Shown: positions 61,911 through 64,000 of the stretch, in pieces
How the letters are laid out: every line of letters starts with the position of its first letter
How positions within the stretch are numbered: the stretch's first letter is position 1
Assembly (NCBI GenBank): GCA_964402955.1
Contig: CAYOEZ010000003.1
Coordinates: 588 to 64,587, forward strand
Length of the DNA stretch: 64,000 nt
DNA from: an uncultured Ktedonobacterales bacterium
Lineage (GTDB): Bacteria; Chloroflexota; DTOL01; DAOUCN01
Direction of reading: 5' to 3'
The notes under the pieces: model-generated
Databases searched by the model: none
What the model was told of the DNA's origin: nothing
What the model saw: the letters and a program-made list of their open reading frames with translations, nothing else
Translations under genes and position numbers: made by a program

Positions 61911-64000
61911 ATGTTTGAGCTATGGAAGCTACACGATTATGCCCCGGGCGAGGGTGTCCGCAGGGGAGCGGCCAACGAGAGCTTCGACGACAGCGACTGG
62001 ATCGATGTGCGGGCGCCCGGCGATGTCCACTCGGCGCTGCTCGCCGCCGGACGCATCGAGGACCCTTTCTACGATCAGAATGAGTCGACATGCGCCTGGG
62101 TGCAGGATCGCGAATGGTGGTATCGCCTGCGTTTCAGTGGGCCGGCCGGCAAGTTGCAGGCCAGTGAGCGGCTGTTGCTGGCCTTTGAGGGACTCGACAC
62201 CTTTGCCACCGTCTATCTGAATGGCAACAACCTGGGCAGCACAGCCAATATGTTCCGCGAGTTCACCTTCGACGTCAGTAAGCTATTGCGTATTGGTGCA
62301 TCCAATACCCTGGTCGTTGGTTTCGATCCTCACCTGGCGCACGTGCAGGGGAAGGACAGACGGAGCTGGAACAATACGAACCCGGCGCGCGTTGCCATGC
62401 GTAAGGCGCAGTTTGGCTATGGCTGGGACTGGGGGCCCGTGCTGCCGACATTCGGCATCTGGCGTCCGGTGGAGCTTCGCCGCCAGCGTAATGCAGCCAT
62501 CACAAGCGTCCACGCCTACACCGTCAAGATCGATATCGCACCCGACCAGGCTCTCGTTGGCGTCACAGTCGAGGCCGAGCGCTTTGCCAGCGACGAGCCG
62601 CTGACGGCCGAGATCACGCTGACGCCTCCCAGCCGCGCGGGCGGCGCAGGCGCAGCGCGGGGTAAGATCACGCTCGACGGCGATGGCGCGGCTATTTCGG
62701 GCACAGGCTATCTGACGCTCAAGAATGCGCAACTATGGTGGACCAACGGTTTGGGTGAGCAGCCGCTCTATACGCTGACGGTGACGCTCAAGCAGGGCGA
62801 CGACACCCTGGCCACAAAGCAGCAGCCGGTTGGCATCCGCACCATTGCGCTTGACCAGTCGCCCGACCCTGACGAGCGGGGCACGCGCTTCTTCCGCTTC
62901 ATTCTCAATGGCGTGCCCATCTTCGCCAAGGGCGCCGACTGGATACCCTGCCATTCCTTCGTGGGCGCGATTACGGCGCAACGCTATGAAAAACTGCTGA
63001 CAGCCGCCCGCGAAGCCAACATGAACATGCTGCAGGTGTGGGGCGGCGGCATCTATGAGCACGACGCTTTCTACGACTACTGCGACCAGATGGGCCTTCT
63101 GCTCTGGCAAGACTTCATGTTCGCCTGCGCCTGGTATCCGGAACACGACCCCGCCTTTGTGGCCGAGGTTGACGCCGAGGCGCGCTACCAGGTGCGCCGC
63201 CTGCGCAGCCACCCCTGCATGTCCCTCTGGTGCGGCAACAACGAGAACCAGTGGATTCACGAGCGCAACTACTGGGATCAGCCCGATTTCCACGTGCCCG
63301 GCGCTCTTTTCTACAACAAGATTCTGCAGGAGGCCGTCGCCGAGCTTGACGGGCAGATCCCCTACTGGCCTGGCAGCCCTTATGGCGGCGACGACTACAA
63401 TAGCCCCGACGACGGCGACGCACACAACTGGCATGTCTGGCATGGCAATGTGCCGCGCCACTTCAACGAGAAGCCGCAGCGCATCAACACGCCGGAGAAC
63501 GTCTCCTATGTCCACTATGCCGACGACATGAGTCGCTTCGTCAGCGAGTATGGCATGCACGCCGCGCCGGTCTACGAGACGCTGCGCCGCAACATCCCCG
63601 CCGATCAGCTCTATCACCACAGCGCGTCGATGGATCATCACAACAAGGATAACCCCAAGAACAAGGGCGACAACCTGATGATCGCCTCGACCGGCCTGCC
63701 CAAAACGCTCGATGAGTACATCGACTTCAGCATGATCGCCCAGGCTGAGGGGCTCAAGCTCGCTATCGAGCATTTCCGCCGCCGCATGCCCCATTGCTCA
63801 GGCTCGCTCTTCTGGCAGCTCAACGACTGCTGGCCGGTGCTCTCGTGGGCCGTCATCGACTACTACGGTTTCGGTAAGGCCGGCTACTACTACGCGCGGC
63901 GGGCCTATGAGCCAGTGCTGCCGTCATTCAAGGCGCTGCCCGGCGGCGCGGCTGAGCTGTGGCTGACCAACGAGTTGTGGGAAGAGATCGAAGACACGTT
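61911..64000 (+). CDS. GH2 beta-mannosidase, 5' partial (runs off the right edge)
   Basis: MFELWKLHDYAPGEG..DDSDWIDVRAPGDVHSAL..DPFYD.NE....W. Later FGYGWDWGP and WCGNNENQW. GGAGG SD. Not in the ORF track because there is no stop within the window. Confidence 0.85.
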   Translation, partial: MFELWKLHDYAPGEGVRRGAANESFDDSDWIDVRAPGDVHSALLAAGRIEDPFYDQNESTCAWVQDREWWYRLRFSGPAGKLQASERLLLAFEGLDTFATVYLNGNNLGSTANMFREFTFDVSKLLRIGASNTLVVGFDPHLAHVQGKDRRSWNNTNPARVAMRKAQFGYGWDWGPVLPTFGIWRPVELRRQRNAAITSVHAYTVKIDIAPDQALVGVTVEAERFASDEPLTAEITLTPPSRAGGAGAARGKITLDGDGAAISGTGYLTLKNAQLWWTNGLGEQPLYTLTVTLKQGDDTLATKQQPVGIRTIALDQSPDPDERGTRFFRFILNGVPIFAKGADWIPCHSFVGAITAQRYEKLLTAAREANMNMLQVWGGGIYEHDAFYDYCDQMGLLLWQDFMFACAWYPEHDPAFVAEVDAEARYQVRRLRSHPCMSLWCGNNENQWIHERNYWDQPDFHVPGALFYNKILQEAVAELDGQIPYWPGSPYGGDDYNSPDDGDAHNWHVWHGNVPRHFNEKPQRINTPENVSYVHYADDMSRFVSEYGMHAAPVYETLRRNIPADQLYHHSASMDHHNKDNPKNKGDNLMIASTGLPKTLDEYIDFSMIAQAEGLKLAIEHFRRRMPHCSGSLFWQLNDCWPVLSWAVIDYYGFGKAGYYYARRAYEPVLPSFKALPGGAAELWLTNELWEEIEDT

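Overview
This is a 64-kb high-GC bacterial chromosomal segment. The protein style suggests a Chloroflexota-like saprophyte: Thr/Pro-rich linkers, TTG/GTG starts, many glycoside hydrolases, giant secreted metalloproteases and PAS-rich hybrid kinases. That assignment is inference only. I call about 50 protein genes and found no rRNA, tRNA or CRISPR array. Recognisable content, left to right:
- a DHS-like/SIS fusion gene
- a hybrid histidine kinase overlapping a REC-PAS-GGDEF gene
- rpsT
- phnD-phnC-phnE (phnE internally duplicated)
- lexA with a GAAC-N4-GTTC box
- a clan GH-A hydrolase followed by a duplicated VapBC locus
- a secreted metzincin interrupted by an in-frame TAG
- an ECF sigma / anti-sigma / CHAT / GIY-YIG cluster, with a divergent M50 site-2 protease
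- GH172, more two-component genes, and a sugar ABC operon with an FAD oxidoreductase
- cysK-cysE behind a T-box leader
- an IS630 remnant, an ABM monooxygenase and an Fe-ADH
- GH116 and Ni-SOD sodN-sodX
- a second giant metalloprotease, then uvrC
- a BrnTA / PD-(D/E)XK islet, DUF4230, GH2, a deacylase, an alpha/beta hydrolase and a partial GH2 beta-mannosidase.

The best candidate for something undescribed is the co-directional cluster at 21.5-27.2 kb. It encodes an ECF sigma, an anti-sigma with two zinc-finger motifs and no apparent membrane segment, a transmembrane CHAT (caspase-like) protease fused to extracellular Asp-box propellers, and a translationally coupled GIY-YIG nuclease.

Other items worth a second look:
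- a ~545-bp tandem duplication that created an orphan antitoxin and a chimeric ORF
- a 22-bp repeat present three times, starting exactly at two stop codons and bracketing an orphan gene
- nested inverted repeats that suggest a ~150-nt structured RNA between divergent promoters
- a long leader behind a near-consensus promoter upstream of the hybrid kinase
- a shared C-terminal LP(V/T)IL tail on both giant proteases
- several families of intergenic palindromes.

All calls come from reading the sequence and the ORF translations. No database searches were run.
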